From: Candidatus Eiseniibacteriota bacterium
Lineage (GTDB): Bacteria > Eisenbacteria > RBG-16-71-46
DNA length: 43,118 bases
Direction of reading: 5' to 3'
NCBI GenBank assembly: GCA_031366795.1
Contig: JANLOX010000007.1
Span: 1-43,118 of the forward strand
The notes beneath the pieces are model-generated. The model saw only the letters and a list, made by a program, of their open reading frames with translations. It was not told where the DNA came from and did not search any database. The position numbers and the translations under genes were made by a program. Positions 26,602 to 36,406 of the stretch are shown here, piece after piece. The number at the start of each line of letters is the position of its first letter. Position 1 is the stretch's first letter.

Positions 26602-27228
26602 ATGAGCTACCTCAGCGGACGGTTCACCACCACCGAGCGTCGCATGATCGCCCTCGCAGCACTGGTGCTGCTGCCTGTCTTTTTCCTCCCCGTCCTCCCG
26701 GTGTGGCAGATGACGATGCACGCACCCCAGTATCCCGAAGGACTCACCCTGACGATCTTCGCGAACACCCTTCGCGGTGACCTCGACAAGATCAACACGC
26801 TCAATCACTACGTCGGCATGCACCCGATCTCTCCCGCGGACTTTCGCGAGTTTTCGTACATGCCGCAACTGCTCACATTCTTCGGCGTGATGGCGCTGAT
26901 CGCGGCGTTCACGGGCCGCCGTTGGGTGGCCATGCTGGGCTGGTTCGCCTTCACCGCATTCGCCGGCGTGATGTTCACGGACTACGCACAGTGGCTGTGG
27001 CGATACGGTCACGAGTTGAATCCCCACGCCGCCATCAAGCTCGGCACGTTCACGCCGCCGCTGATCGGCTTCAAGCAGATGGCGAACTTCAAGGTGTGGA
27101 GCCTGCCGGGACCGGGCACCGTGTTGCTCGGGATCGCCTGGCTGCTAGGGCCCGTCATCATGCTGTGGGATCGCATGCACGAAGTACGCGCCAAGGACGC
27201 CGCGCGTGGGGCCAATCGTGCGGGTTGA
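26602..27228 (+). CDS. nosB: Clade II nos transmembrane protein NosB
   Basis: APQYPEGL, INTLNHYVGM, YGHELNPHAAI..PPLIG.K..ANF motifs; about 4 TMs. Confidence 0.9.
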   Translation: MSYLSGRFTTTERRMIALAALVLLPVFFLPVLPVWQMTMHAPQYPEGLTLTIFANTLRGDLDKINTLNHYVGMHPISPADFREFSYMPQLLTFFGVMALIAAFTGRRWVAMLGWFAFTAFAGVMFTDYAQWLWRYGHELNPHAAIKLGTFTPPLIGFKQMANFKVWSLPGPGTVLLGIAWLLGPVIMLWDRMHEVRAKDAARGANRAG

Positions 27229-28654
27229 CCACCATGGAGTACACGCGTGGGTGTGCGCCGCGCTGCTGGCCGCGACCGGGGTGTGCTCGGTCGCGCGCCC
27301 CGCACTGGCGCACGTCACGCGCGTTCCCGCAACATCCGGCGCGGCGGCCGCTGCCGCCGCGGCCGCCATGCCGGGCGACACGCTCCTGCTTGAGCGCGGT
27401 GTGCACGCCGGCCCCTTGCTCCTCCGCCAGCCGGTCGTGCTGCGCGGCGCCCCCGGCGCCATCGTCGATGGAGGACATCACGGCAGCGTGATCGCCATCG
27501 GCGCCTCAGGCTGCGTCGTCACCGACCTGCGCGTGCGGGCCAGCGGGAACAGGGTGCTGACGGTGGACTCGGGGATTCACGTGGCCGGCGCCGGCAGCGT
27601 GCGCATCGAACGCGTGCGGATGGACGACGTCCTCTATGCCGTCTATGGCGAGCGCGCCGAAGGTCTCATCGTGCGGCAGTGCCGCTTGAGCGGTCGCGTG
27701 CCACCGCTGGCGGAGCTCGGCGATGGCAATGGCATCCACCTGTGGTACTCGGGCAACGCCCTGATCGACCAGGACACGCTGTCCGGTTTTGTCGATGCGG
27801 TGTACCTCTCGTTCGCCAATGGAGCCGTGGTGAGCGGGAGCACCTTCGAGCGCAACGGGCGCTATGGCCTGCACACCATGTACTGCCAGGACAACCACCT
27901 CATCGGCAACCTGTTCACCCACAACATCGCCGGCATTGCGATCATGTTCTCGAACCATCTCGAGGTCGCCGGCAACCGCATCGTGCACAACCGCGGCTCG
28001 CGCACCTACGGTCTGTTGCTGCGCGACTGCTCCGACGGCCACTTCGTGAATAACCAGCTGATCGACAACACAATTGCGGTGTTCCTCGACGGATCGAACC
28101 GCAATCACATCACCGGCAACCTGGTGGAGGACAACGGCTGGGGCGTGCTGCTGTTCTCCTCGTGCGATGGCAATGTCTTCGCCGGCAACGACTTCATCCA
28201 GAACGATTACGCCGTGGCACTCGACATGCGGAGAACCGACAATGCCTTTGACGACGGCGCGCACGGCAACTATTGGAGCGATGCGCAGGTTTGGGACCTC
28301 GATGGCGATGGCACCGGCGACATCCCCTATGGCCCGGTGAGCGCGTTCGCGTTCGTCTCGAAGCAGTACCCGGACCTGTCCGTGCTCGCCAAGAGCCCGG
28401 CGGTCGCGGCACTCGGCGTGGCCGAGCGCGTGTTCCCGAGCCTGCATCCCAGCGAAGCCGTGGACCGCTACCCGCGCGTGTCACCGGTGACGCGCGCGGT
28501 GAAGAATGCGAACTCCCTCCCGACCCCGCGTCCCAGTTGGGGCGCCTTCACAGTGTTCGGGCTCGTCGCGGGCAGCGGCCTGTTCGCTGCGCGCGGCGGC
28601 CGGCGCCCACGCAACGGCGTCGTCGCCCGTCCACGCACGGATGCGTCATCATGA
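27206..28654 (+). CDS. nosD: NosD copper-maturation beta-helix protein
   Basis: GNGIHLW, RYGLHTMY, GNYWSD..WDLDGDGTGDIPY; exact start uncertain (about 27206-27240). Confidence 0.93.
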   Translation: MGPIVRVDHHGVHAWVCAALLAATGVCSVARPALAHVTRVPATSGAAAAAAAAAMPGDTLLLERGVHAGPLLLRQPVVLRGAPGAIVDGGHHGSVIAIGASGCVVTDLRVRASGNRVLTVDSGIHVAGAGSVRIERVRMDDVLYAVYGERAEGLIVRQCRLSGRVPPLAELGDGNGIHLWYSGNALIDQDTLSGFVDAVYLSFANGAVVSGSTFERNGRYGLHTMYCQDNHLIGNLFTHNIAGIAIMFSNHLEVAGNRIVHNRGSRTYGLLLRDCSDGHFVNNQLIDNTIAVFLDGSNRNHITGNLVEDNGWGVLLFSSCDGNVFAGNDFIQNDYAVALDMRRTDNAFDDGAHGNYWSDAQVWDLDGDGTGDIPYGPVSAFAFVSKQYPDLSVLAKSPAVAALGVAERVFPSLHPSEAVDRYPRVSPVTRAVKNANSLPTPRPSWGAFTVFGLVAGSGLFAARGGRRPRNGVVARPRTDASS

Positions 28655-29562
28655 TGGTCCGCGCGGAGTCCCTCGTGCGCCGCTATGGCGCGGTGATCGC
28701 AGTGAACGGTTTGTCGTTCGAAGTCACCACAGGAGAAACCCTCGCGCTGATCGGCCCCAATGGCGCCGGCAAGACGACGACACTGCGCATGCTGCTCGGC
28801 CTGACGCGTCCCGACTCAGGCTCCATCATGATCGGCCCGCGCGGTCTGGCGCCACATGACCCGGAAGCCCGGCGCGACCTGGGCTATGTGCCGCAACGCG
28901 TCGAGTTCCCCCATGGTCGCACCGTGCGCGAAGTGCTCGCGTTCTACGCGGCGTTGCGCGGGCTGCCCAACACCACGGTCGACCATGCGCTCGAGCGCGT
29001 CTCGTTGACGAGCCACGCCGGCCGCCGTGCCACGGAGCTCTCCGGCGGCTATACGCAAAGGTTGTCGCTGGCCCAGGCGCTGCTCGCCGACCCGATGCTG
29101 CTGGTGCTCGATGAGCCGACCGCGAGCCTTGACCCCGTAGCCACCTGGGAGTTTCGCTCGCTGATCCAACAGCTGCAGGCGGAGGGCAAGACGATCCTGT
29201 TGTGCTCGCACCTGCTGAGCGAGATCGAGCGCATCGCCCATCGCGTGTTGATCCTGCTGGAAGGCCGCTGCGTCGGGCTCGAGAGTCTCAGCGCGTTGCG
29301 TGCCCGCCAGGCACAGGCCACCCGGCTGGCCATCCACCTCGACGAAGCACCCGCGCGGGCTATGGCAGCGCTGGAGGCGCGGGCGTTCACATGCGAGCTC
29401 CACGGCGACGGGATCGTGGTCGAGGCCACGAACGGGCGCACGGTGGAAGCGCTCGACACGTTGCGCGCGGCCCAGGTCCGCGTGACGTCGTTCGAGATGC
29501 TGCGGCCCTCGCTCGAGGAGATCTTTCTCGCCGCGGTCCAGGGAGGGCGCTCCCGTGCGTGA
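28651..29562 (+). CDS. nosF: ABC transporter ATPase NosF
   Basis: GPNGAGKTT, LSGG, LDEPT; ATG 28651 overlaps the nosD stop. Confidence 0.92.
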   Translation: MMVRAESLVRRYGAVIAVNGLSFEVTTGETLALIGPNGAGKTTTLRMLLGLTRPDSGSIMIGPRGLAPHDPEARRDLGYVPQRVEFPHGRTVREVLAFYAALRGLPNTTVDHALERVSLTSHAGRRATELSGGYTQRLSLAQALLADPMLLVLDEPTASLDPVATWEFRSLIQQLQAEGKTILLCSHLLSEIERIAHRVLILLEGRCVGLESLSALRARQAQATRLAIHLDEAPARAMAALEARAFTCELHGDGIVVEATNGRTVEALDTLRAAQVRVTSFEMLRPSLEEIFLAAVQGGRSRA

Positions 29563-30040
29563 TCGCCCGAACACCTCCGCGGTCCGCCCCCACTCCCGCT
29601 CGCCCCGACCGGCCGCGCGGTCACTGCTGGCCTTCACGTGGCTGGCGCTCGCCTTGCTGGCGGTATCGTGCGCGCCAGCCGTGGGGCCCATGCCCATCGC
29701 ATTCGGCAAACCCTGCGCGACCTGCGGCATGGCGATCGGCGACGCCCACTTCGCGTGCGAGCGCAAGCGAAGGAGCGCGTGGCGGCAATACGACTCCATC
29801 GAGTGCCTGCTCGCAGACTCGTCTCGAACGGGACCCGCGTGGCTTGCCGATTACGATAGCTCGACGCTGCATGCGGCCGACTCGCTGTGGGTGGTGCGCG
29901 CCGACCTGCCGAGCCCGATGGGCGGAGGCTACGCCGCATTCCTCGACCACGGCGCGGCGAATGAAGTGGCCGCCGCACGGCATGGCCACGTCGCGCGCCT
30001 CGCAGAGTTCGCCGCGGACACGCGTGAGCCCACGCGATGA
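29555..30040 (+). CDS. nosL: NosL copper chaperone lipoprotein
   Basis: AVSC lipobox, CATCGM, DSIECL, SPMGGG..AF. Confidence 0.9.
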   Translation: MRDRPNTSAVRPHSRSPRPAARSLLAFTWLALALLAVSCAPAVGPMPIAFGKPCATCGMAIGDAHFACERKRRSAWRQYDSIECLLADSSRTGPAWLADYDSSTLHAADSLWVVRADLPSPMGGGYAAFLDHGAANEVAAARHGHVARLAEFAADTREPTR

Positions 30041-30447
30041 AGCGCCTGCTCACATTGCTGGTGGTGGTGCTCGTCGCAGGAGCGCTGACCGGCACGCTAT
30101 CGCGCGCCTGGCGCCCGGCGGGGCCCGCGCCCGCGCCCGCGGTGACCCAACAGGTATGCGATCTCGCGCTCACCGTCACGGCCAAGCGCGTGATTCCAGA
30201 TGCCGTCGCGATCCCGAAGCATCGCCTCGTGCGTTTGAGCGTCACCAACCATGACACCCGGCCGGTGACACTATCGCTTGCCGGTTACGAGGACCGGCTT
30301 CACACTCCGCCCATACCGCCGAACAGCACATGGCACGGCACGTTCCTAGCCGATCGCCCAGGCGAGGGATTTGCGTGGCAGATCAACGGGACCGCCGTGG
30401 GCCGGCTCGACATCACCGGCTCGCACCTCGAGGAGGGACACCAGTGA
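30037..30447 (+). CDS. Small exported cupredoxin-like protein of unknown function
   Basis: Signal peptide; P..V.IP...VRLSVTN.D....F.ADRPG pattern; start and stop overlap nosL and nosY. Confidence 0.65.
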   Translation: MKRLLTLLVVVLVAGALTGTLSRAWRPAGPAPAPAVTQQVCDLALTVTAKRVIPDAVAIPKHRLVRLSVTNHDTRPVTLSLAGYEDRLHTPPIPPNSTWHGTFLADRPGEGFAWQINGTAVGRLDITGSHLEEGHQ

Positions 30448-31343
30448 GCACTCAATCGATCGCCACGGCCGCCGTGGTGGCGCGCGAACCCATGCGCCGC
30501 AATGGCGTCCACTCCGGGCGCCTCGGCCGCGTCCGCGTGATCGCCCGCGAGGAATTCCACCGCGCCATCGAAGCACGCTGGCTGTTCGGCTTCGCGGCCC
30601 TGTTGGCAGCGCTGGTGCTCGGACTGTCGTTCTTCGGCCTTGCGCAGGGTCGCGAGATCGGCTTCCAGGGTTTCGCGCGGGTCACCCTGTCGCTGATGAA
30701 TCTCGTGCTGTTCATCGTGCCGCTGACGGGACTCATGCTGGGCGTGACCAGCATCACGGGCGGTTCGGGCGCCTTGCCCCTGCTGCTCGCCCAACCTGTC
30801 GGACGGGACGAAGTGTTGATGGGCAAGCTGCTGGGACTAGGGTGCGCCCTGACCGCGGCGCTGGCGGTCGCCTTCGGCGGCGGCGGCATGGTGGTGGCCT
30901 TCAATGCCGGCGCCGAACAACTGCCGGGGTTCATCGCGCTCGCGGTGCTGTCGGTGACCCTGGGATGGCTCACCATCTCCACCGCGCTGTGCATCGCCGT
31001 AATCTGGCCGGACCGCCTCAAGGCGATGTCGATTGCGCTCGCCCTGTGGCTGCTGATGGTGGTCGCCTACGACCTGATGGTGCTCGGCGCCACTACGATC
31101 CTGCGGGGGGTGGAGCTGCAGACGGTGCTGTTCCCGGCGCTGCTGCTCAATCCCGTGGACCTTGCGCGCGTGTTGACGACGCTGGCCGTGGGCTCGGGGG
31201 CGCTGTTCGGGCCGACGTCGGCCGTGCTCATGAAGATGTTCGGCACCCAGGCGGGTATCGCACTGGGCGCCAGCGTGCTGGTGATCGAGAGCGTGGTGCC
31301 GATGTGGATCGCCGTGCGCGTGTTCGCGAAACGGGACTGGTGA
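30444..31343 (+). CDS. nosY: ABC permease NosY
   Basis: About 6 TMs, LLAQPVGR..V..GK.LG, LLLNPVDLAR. Confidence 0.9.
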   Translation: MSTQSIATAAVVAREPMRRNGVHSGRLGRVRVIAREEFHRAIEARWLFGFAALLAALVLGLSFFGLAQGREIGFQGFARVTLSLMNLVLFIVPLTGLMLGVTSITGGSGALPLLLAQPVGRDEVLMGKLLGLGCALTAALAVAFGGGGMVVAFNAGAEQLPGFIALAVLSVTLGWLTISTALCIAVIWPDRLKAMSIALALWLLMVVAYDLMVLGATTILRGVELQTVLFPALLLNPVDLARVLTTLAVGSGALFGPTSAVLMKMFGTQAGIALGASVLVIESVVPMWIAVRVFAKRDW

Positions 31344-32533
31344 CGACCGCGCCGCGGGCAACACCGGTGCAACTCCGGTCCTCCGCCACTGCACCCCACG
31401 TGGCGCCGGAGCCGTACCGCCTGCTGTTCCCGCTCGGCATTCTCGCGGCCGTCGCCGGCAGCGTCGTGTGGCCCGCGACCTGGCTGGGAGTCCTGGGCTA
31501 CCCCGGCGTGCTGCATCGCGAGTTGATGATTCCGGGGTTTGAGCAGTGCTTCGTCAGCGGCTTCCTGCTCACCGCCATGCCGGCCTTCACGCACGGCCCG
31601 CGCTGCTCGCGCCTCGAGTTGGGGCTCGCCGTCGCCGCAGCACTCGCGACGCTGACCGCAGCGCTCTTGGGTTCGCCGCCCGCCGTCGCCGGGACGCAGC
31701 TCGCCAGCGTGCTGTTGCTCGTCACCGCGCTCGCGCGTCGCGTCGCGCGCTCGCGCCAGCTCCCTCCTGAGGAATTCGCCTTCGTGGCGTTCGGCCTCGC
31801 CGCCGGGTTGCTCGGCCTGTGCCTGCAACTCGCGGGGGCGTTCAACGCCGCGCCATCGCTGCCCGCGCGATTCCCCGAACGCCTCGTTTCGCTCGGCATG
31901 GTGTTGTCGCTCGTGGTGGGACTTGGTAGCCTGCTGGTGCCGACATTCGCTGGCATGCCCCGCCCCCTCGCACTACCCGGCATCGCCGGCCCGCACGAGC
32001 GTCATGGCCGGCGTCCGTTCTACCTCGCGATCGTCGCCGTGCTGGCGCTCTCGTTCCTCACCGATGCGATCGCCATCGCTCGCGTAGGCCCGCTGCTGCG
32101 CGCCGCTGCCGTGAGCACCATGATGGTGGTGGGCTGGAAGCTCACGCGCCGCCCGGGACACCGCACGCTGCATGCGCACGCGTTGTGGCTCAGCGGCTGG
32201 GCCATCCTCGTTGGCCTGTGGCTCACCGCACTGCTTCCCGCCCTCGAACTCGCGGGGCTGCACATCGTGTTCATCGGTGGCTTCGCCCTGCTCACACTGG
32301 CGATCGCCACGCGCGTGACGGTCGCGCATGGGAGCCATCCGTTGGCGGTCGAGCCGGGAGTGCTCTCACCCGCAATCGTTGCGCTGCTCGGCATCACACT
32401 CGCCTGCCGCCTCGCCGCCGAGGCCGACCCGCAACGCAGAGCGCTGTGGCTGGCAGTGGGTGGCACGTTCGCCGGCGTCATGTGGCTGTGGTGGGGAACG
32501 CGGGTCGTGCGGCTGCTGACACGAAAGCGCTGA
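31340..32533 (+). CDS. nnrS: NnrS family membrane protein (NO response)
   Basis: PYRLLFPLG, HRELMIPGF...GFLLTAMP, LH...IGG...IATRVTVAHG; GTG overlaps the nosY stop. Confidence 0.85.
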   Translation: MTTAPRATPVQLRSSATAPHVAPEPYRLLFPLGILAAVAGSVVWPATWLGVLGYPGVLHRELMIPGFEQCFVSGFLLTAMPAFTHGPRCSRLELGLAVAAALATLTAALLGSPPAVAGTQLASVLLLVTALARRVARSRQLPPEEFAFVAFGLAAGLLGLCLQLAGAFNAAPSLPARFPERLVSLGMVLSLVVGLGSLLVPTFAGMPRPLALPGIAGPHERHGRRPFYLAIVAVLALSFLTDAIAIARVGPLLRAAAVSTMMVVGWKLTRRPGHRTLHAHALWLSGWAILVGLWLTALLPALELAGLHIVFIGGFALLTLAIATRVTVAHGSHPLAVEPGVLSPAIVALLGITLACRLAAEADPQRRALWLAVGGTFAGVMWLWWGTRVVRLLTRKR

Positions 32534-32607
32534 GCGAGGGGACACACAGCAACGGCACCCGCACCGGCCACGTGCGGCGATCACGCTGCGGAGGCGGCCC
32601 GCTCTGG

Positions 32608-33885
32608 CTAGTGCATTGGGTCGGGGCCTTCGATCACGCCACCGGCCGGCACATCGCCCGTGAAGGAGGCCTCGGTCGCTCCTGCCCCAATCCGCGCGTT
32701 GCGACCAACGCAGACGCCATCCGGCAACGTGGCGCCCTGCCCGACCACGGTGAGGCCATTCGAGAGATGCTCGGGGCAGGCGCGATTCGGAACCGTCGCG
32801 TCGCCGTGGCCCAAGATCGATCCCGCGCCGATCCGCACGCGCTTGTCGACGATCGCGCGATCGACCACCGCATCGCGGCCGACCACGGTGTCGTGCATGA
32901 CGATGCTGTCGCGCACCACGGCGCCGCGCGGTACCACGACGCCGGGGAACAGTACCGAGCGCACGACATGGCCCGCGATCTCGCAGCCGTTGGCAATCAA
33001 GCTGCGCTCGGCGCGCGCCGTGCCCTCGAACAGCACCGGCGGGCGGTCCGCGCTCTGGGTGTGGATCACCCAGTCCGACTTGCTCAAATCGAGCGGTGGG
33101 CTGTTCCCAAGGAACGCCAGATTGGCCTCGTAATACGAATCGAGCGTCCCGACATCCTGCCAGTAGTCCGTTGACCGGTAGGCGTACACCGCATCGCCGC
33201 GCGCCACCAGTCGCGGCAGGATGTCCTTGCCGAAATCGTGGGACGAGGACTCCATCGCGGCATCCTCCAGCAGCCAGCGGATCAGGGATTCGCGATCAAA
33301 CAAGTAAACGCCCATCGAGGCGAGCCGCGAGGTCGAGGACTTGGGCTTCTCCTTGAAGGCCGTAACCCGCCCCTGCGGGGTCGTCTCGAGAATGCCGAAC
33401 TGGCTGATGTCCTGCTCCGGCACTTCGGTGACGGCGACGGTGAGTGCCGCGCGGTTGGCGCGATGGAACGCGTACAGCACGTTGTAGTCCATCTGGTAGA
33501 CGTGGTCCCCGGACAGCACCAGCACTTCATCGGGGCGCCGGCGGCGCAGGTGGATGAGGTTGCGGTACAGCGCGTCGGCCGTCCCCTGGTACCAGTCGCT
33601 CTCGACGCTCCCGAGTGAGGGCTGCAGCAGTTGGATGCCACCGCGGCCACGGTCGAGATCCCACGGCCTGCCCGTGCCGATGTGCTGGTTCAGCGAGGTC
33701 GGGCGGTACTGTGTCAGCACGCCGACATCGTAGATGCCGGAGTTCACGCAGTTCGACAGCGTGAAGTCGATGATGCGGTACTTGCCACCGAACGGCACTG
33801 CCGGCTTGGCGCGGCGCTCCGACAGCAGGCACAGCCTGCTCCCCACGCCGCCGGCGAGAATGAAGGCGTAGCGTCCCGAGCTCAT
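32608..33885 (-). CDS. glgC: Glucose-1-phosphate adenylyltransferase (catalytic type)
   Basis: GGVGSRL...[36 protein letters not shown]. Confidence 0.93.
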   Translation of the reverse strand: MSSGRYAFILAGGVGSRLCLLSERRAKPAVPFGGKYRIIDFTLSNCVNSGIYDVGVLTQYRPTSLNQHIGTGRPWDLDRGRGGIQLLQPSLGSVESDWYQGTADALYRNLIHLRRRRPDEVLVLSGDHVYQMDYNVLYAFHRANRAALTVAVTEVPEQDISQFGILETTPQGRVTAFKEKPKSSTSRLASMGVYLFDRESLIRWLLEDAAMESSSHDFGKDILPRLVARGDAVYAYRSTDYWQDVGTLDSYYEANLAFLGNSPPLDLSKSDWVIHTQSADRPPVLFEGTARAERSLIANGCEIAGHVVRSVLFPGVVVPRGAVVRDSIVMHDTVVGRDAVVDRAIVDKRVRIGAGSILGHGDATVPNRACPEHLSNGLTVVGQGATLPDGVCVGRNARIGAGATEASFTGDVPAGGVIEGPDPMH

Positions 33886-35141
33886 TTGAGGTCCTCGAAC
33901 CACGAACGGTTCGGCGTCACGGTGCCCGGATCGACCTGTTGCGTGCGGAAGTCACTGGGCCGCGTGCCCACGCCGATCACGCTCGAACGCCCCACCTTGA
34001 GCCCATCGGGAAGCACCGCGTCCTTGCCGACGAGCACCAGGCCGCCGAGCCAATCGTGGGGGTTGTCCGCGGGCGGGTCGCCCCCGCCGAGCTCCACCCC
34101 TGCGCCCACGCGCACATACTTGTCGACGATGGCGCCATCCACCTGCGCGCCCGCCTCGACCACGGTGTCGGACATGATCACGGAATTGCGAATCGTGGCC
34201 CCGGCCTCGACCCGCACGCCGGGGAACAGCACGGAATTCAAGACCCTGCCTGAAACCCTGCACCCGTTCGCGACCAGGCTGTTCTCGACCTCCGCGCCAT
34301 CGCGCAGCAGCACCGGCGGGCGCTCTTCATCGCGCGTCAGGATCGGCCAGCGCGAGTTGTAGAGCGCGAACTGCGGCAGCGGTTTCACCAGTTCCAGATT
34401 CGCGCGGTAGAACGACTTCAGCGTGCCCACATCTTCCCAGAAGCCATCGAACTCGTGCGCGAACACGCGCTCGCCTTCCTCGATCATCGGGCGCACCACG
34501 TCAAGCACGAGATCGACCGGCTTGGCACTCAAGCGTTCGAGCAGTGCCTCGCGTTCGAACAGGTAGATGCCCATCGAGGCGAACGGCGCGTCACTCGACT
34601 CGGGCTTCTCGACGAGACTCAGCATGCGCCCATCCCCATCGAGCCGCGCCATGCCGAAGCGGTGCGATTGGTCGGCCGGCACGCGCGTGACCGCCATCGT
34701 CAACGCCGCACGGCGCGTCTCGTGGGTGCGGACCAGTTCGCGATAGTCCATGCGATAGACGTGATCACCCGACAACACCAGCACGCGATCGGGCTTGCGC
34801 TCGGCGATCAGGTCGGCGTTCTGCGCCAGCGCATCAGCGGTGCCGCGGTACCAGCCCGCATGAGTGCGCGTCTGGTAGGGCTGCAGGATGAGCACGCCGC
34901 CCGCGCGGCGGTCCAGGTCCCACGAACGGCCCGAGCCGATGTGGTCGTGTAGCGATGTCGGCGCATGCTGCGACAGGATCCCCAGCTGCTCGATGCCGGA
35001 GTGGCAGCAATTGCTCAGCACGAAATCGATGATCCGGTACTTGCCGCCGAACGGGACCGCGCTCACCGCGCGCTCGGTGGTCAACACACTCAGGCGCTCG
35101 CCGCCGCCGCCCGACAGCACCAAGCCCATCAGTGATGACAC
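33882..35141 (-). CDS. Glucose-1-phosphate adenylyltransferase paralog, degenerate (GlgD-like)
   Basis: Same fold, but RAVSAV replaces RAKPAV and DFGKD is absent; GGAGG SD before GTG 35141. Confidence 0.85.
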   Translation of the reverse strand: MSSLMGLVLSGGGGERLSVLTTERAVSAVPFGGKYRIIDFVLSNCCHSGIEQLGILSQHAPTSLHDHIGSGRSWDLDRRAGGVLILQPYQTRTHAGWYRGTADALAQNADLIAERKPDRVLVLSGDHVYRMDYRELVRTHETRRAALTMAVTRVPADQSHRFGMARLDGDGRMLSLVEKPESSDAPFASMGIYLFEREALLERLSAKPVDLVLDVVRPMIEEGERVFAHEFDGFWEDVGTLKSFYRANLELVKPLPQFALYNSRWPILTRDEERPPVLLRDGAEVENSLVANGCRVSGRVLNSVLFPGVRVEAGATIRNSVIMSDTVVEAGAQVDGAIVDKYVRVGAGVELGGGDPPADNPHDWLGGLVLVGKDAVLPDGLKVGRSSVIGVGTRPSDFRTQQVDPGTVTPNRSWFEDLK

Positions 35142-35188
35142 TGCATCCTCCGTAACGGTCCTGCATTTGCCAGCGGACGACTCAGGCA

Positions 35189-35217
35189 AACCTACGGAGC
35201 GGCTGCTACAGCGTCAA
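35189..35217 (-). promoter_or_regulatory. Sigma-70 promoter of the glg pair
   Basis: TTGACG-17 nt-TAGGTT. Confidence 0.6.
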
Positions 35218-35221
35218 GCGA

Positions 35222-36340
35222 TCACCAGCTCCAGCCGGCGGAGAGGATGTGCGACGCGTCGAGCCGGGCCCCGTCAGAGGTCGGGGCATCGTTGCTCGCG
35301 AGGAAGCGGTTCAGCGAGGCGGCGTAGTCCACGCCCAGATGATGGTAGCGAACACCGGCGCCCAGGTTCAGGTCCTTGCCGTTGACGCCGCCGCGCAGCG
35401 CGAAGGTGTCATGCAGCCAGTACTCGAGCCCCGTGCGTAGGTCCCAGGTCTGCCCTCCCAGCTTGAGCTCGCTGTCGAGCTTGCGGCGCTGGAAGCCCCA
35501 CACCAGGTCGGTCGACCACGTCAGCGCCTGGCGCTCGGCAGGCTTGAAGGCGAACGCCACGCCGGTGTCGATGGTCGGGATGACGAACTCGCGAGTGCCG
35601 TTCGTCCACGACAGCATCGTGGTCGTCAGGTCGTGCGCCACGGCGCTGGCGGTGATCGCATCCGTCGGCATCCACAAGGTGCCGACGTCGACGCCCGCGC
35701 CGAACGAAGTAACGTGCTCGCCCGGGAGGGTGTCGGGAATGCTCGAGTGGACGAACTTGAGGTTGGCGCCGTAGGCCCAGTGCGTGCCACGCTGGCGGGC
35801 GATCGACAGCATCAGGGCGTAGTCGCTGCTGCTGGCCTGGTACAGGCTGCTCGCGTCGATCAGCAATTTCTCGCCCGGATCCCAGACGCCGTTGCCCTGG
35901 CCATTGCCGGTGGTCGTCGGGTCGTTGTCGGTGCCGTAGTCCCAGAAGTCGATCTGTGGACGCAGCTGGCTGATGCGCGGCGTCACCGGAATGCCGTCGG
36001 CGCCCAAGCGCAGCAGCGTGCCGCCCAGCGCCAACAGGTGGCCGTTCTCGCCCTTGAGCGGCATGACGACGGAACCCACATCGTGATTGAGCAGGCTGCC
36101 GAACTGCTCGGCGTGCTGGACCACGACTTCGCGGTAGGGCAGGAACACCATCCCGGCGGGATTCCAGTAGGGCGCCGTGGCGTCGTCGGCGACCGCGGAG
36201 AACGCGCCGCCCATGCCGATGGCGCGCGCGCCGATGGGAATTTTCATGAACTCGCCGGCGTACTTCGTGGCCGAGGCGGAACCCGCGAGCGCGAGCGTTG
36301 CCACTGCGCTGAGGAACCACGTCGTCATGCGTCGCATCAT
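35222..36340 (-). CDS. PorV/PorQ-like outer-membrane beta-barrel protein
   Basis: Signal peptide; GARAIGMGGAFSAVADDATAPYWNPAG motif; terminal aromatic residue (GWSW). Confidence 0.85.
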   Translation of the reverse strand: MMRRMTTWFLSAVATLALAGSASATKYAGEFMKIPIGARAIGMGGAFSAVADDATAPYWNPAGMVFLPYREVVVQHAEQFGSLLNHDVGSVVMPLKGENGHLLALGGTLLRLGADGIPVTPRISQLRPQIDFWDYGTDNDPTTTGNGQGNGVWDPGEKLLIDASSLYQASSSDYALMLSIARQRGTHWAYGANLKFVHSSIPDTLPGEHVTSFGAGVDVGTLWMPTDAITASAVAHDLTTTMLSWTNGTREFVIPTIDTGVAFAFKPAERQALTWSTDLVWGFQRRKLDSELKLGGQTWDLRTGLEYWLHDTFALRGGVNGKDLNLGAGVRYHHLGVDYAASLNRFLASNDAPTSDGARLDASHILSAGWSW

Positions 36341-36376
36341 GGAGAATGCCTCGATGGAGGTCGGCCGGAATGCGAC

Positions 36377-36406
36377 ACGCTACGTGCCGCTCGAATCAAC
36401 TGTCAA
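36377..36406 (-). promoter_or_regulatory. Sigma-70 promoter of the porV-like gene
   Basis: TTGACA-18 nt-TAGCGT. Confidence 0.5.

Noticed and set aside
30371..32533. 720-aa ORF suggesting a NosY-NnrS fusion
   Set aside because: NosY is in a different frame with its own stop at 31343; NnrS starts at GTG 31340 and the upstream extension is spurious.
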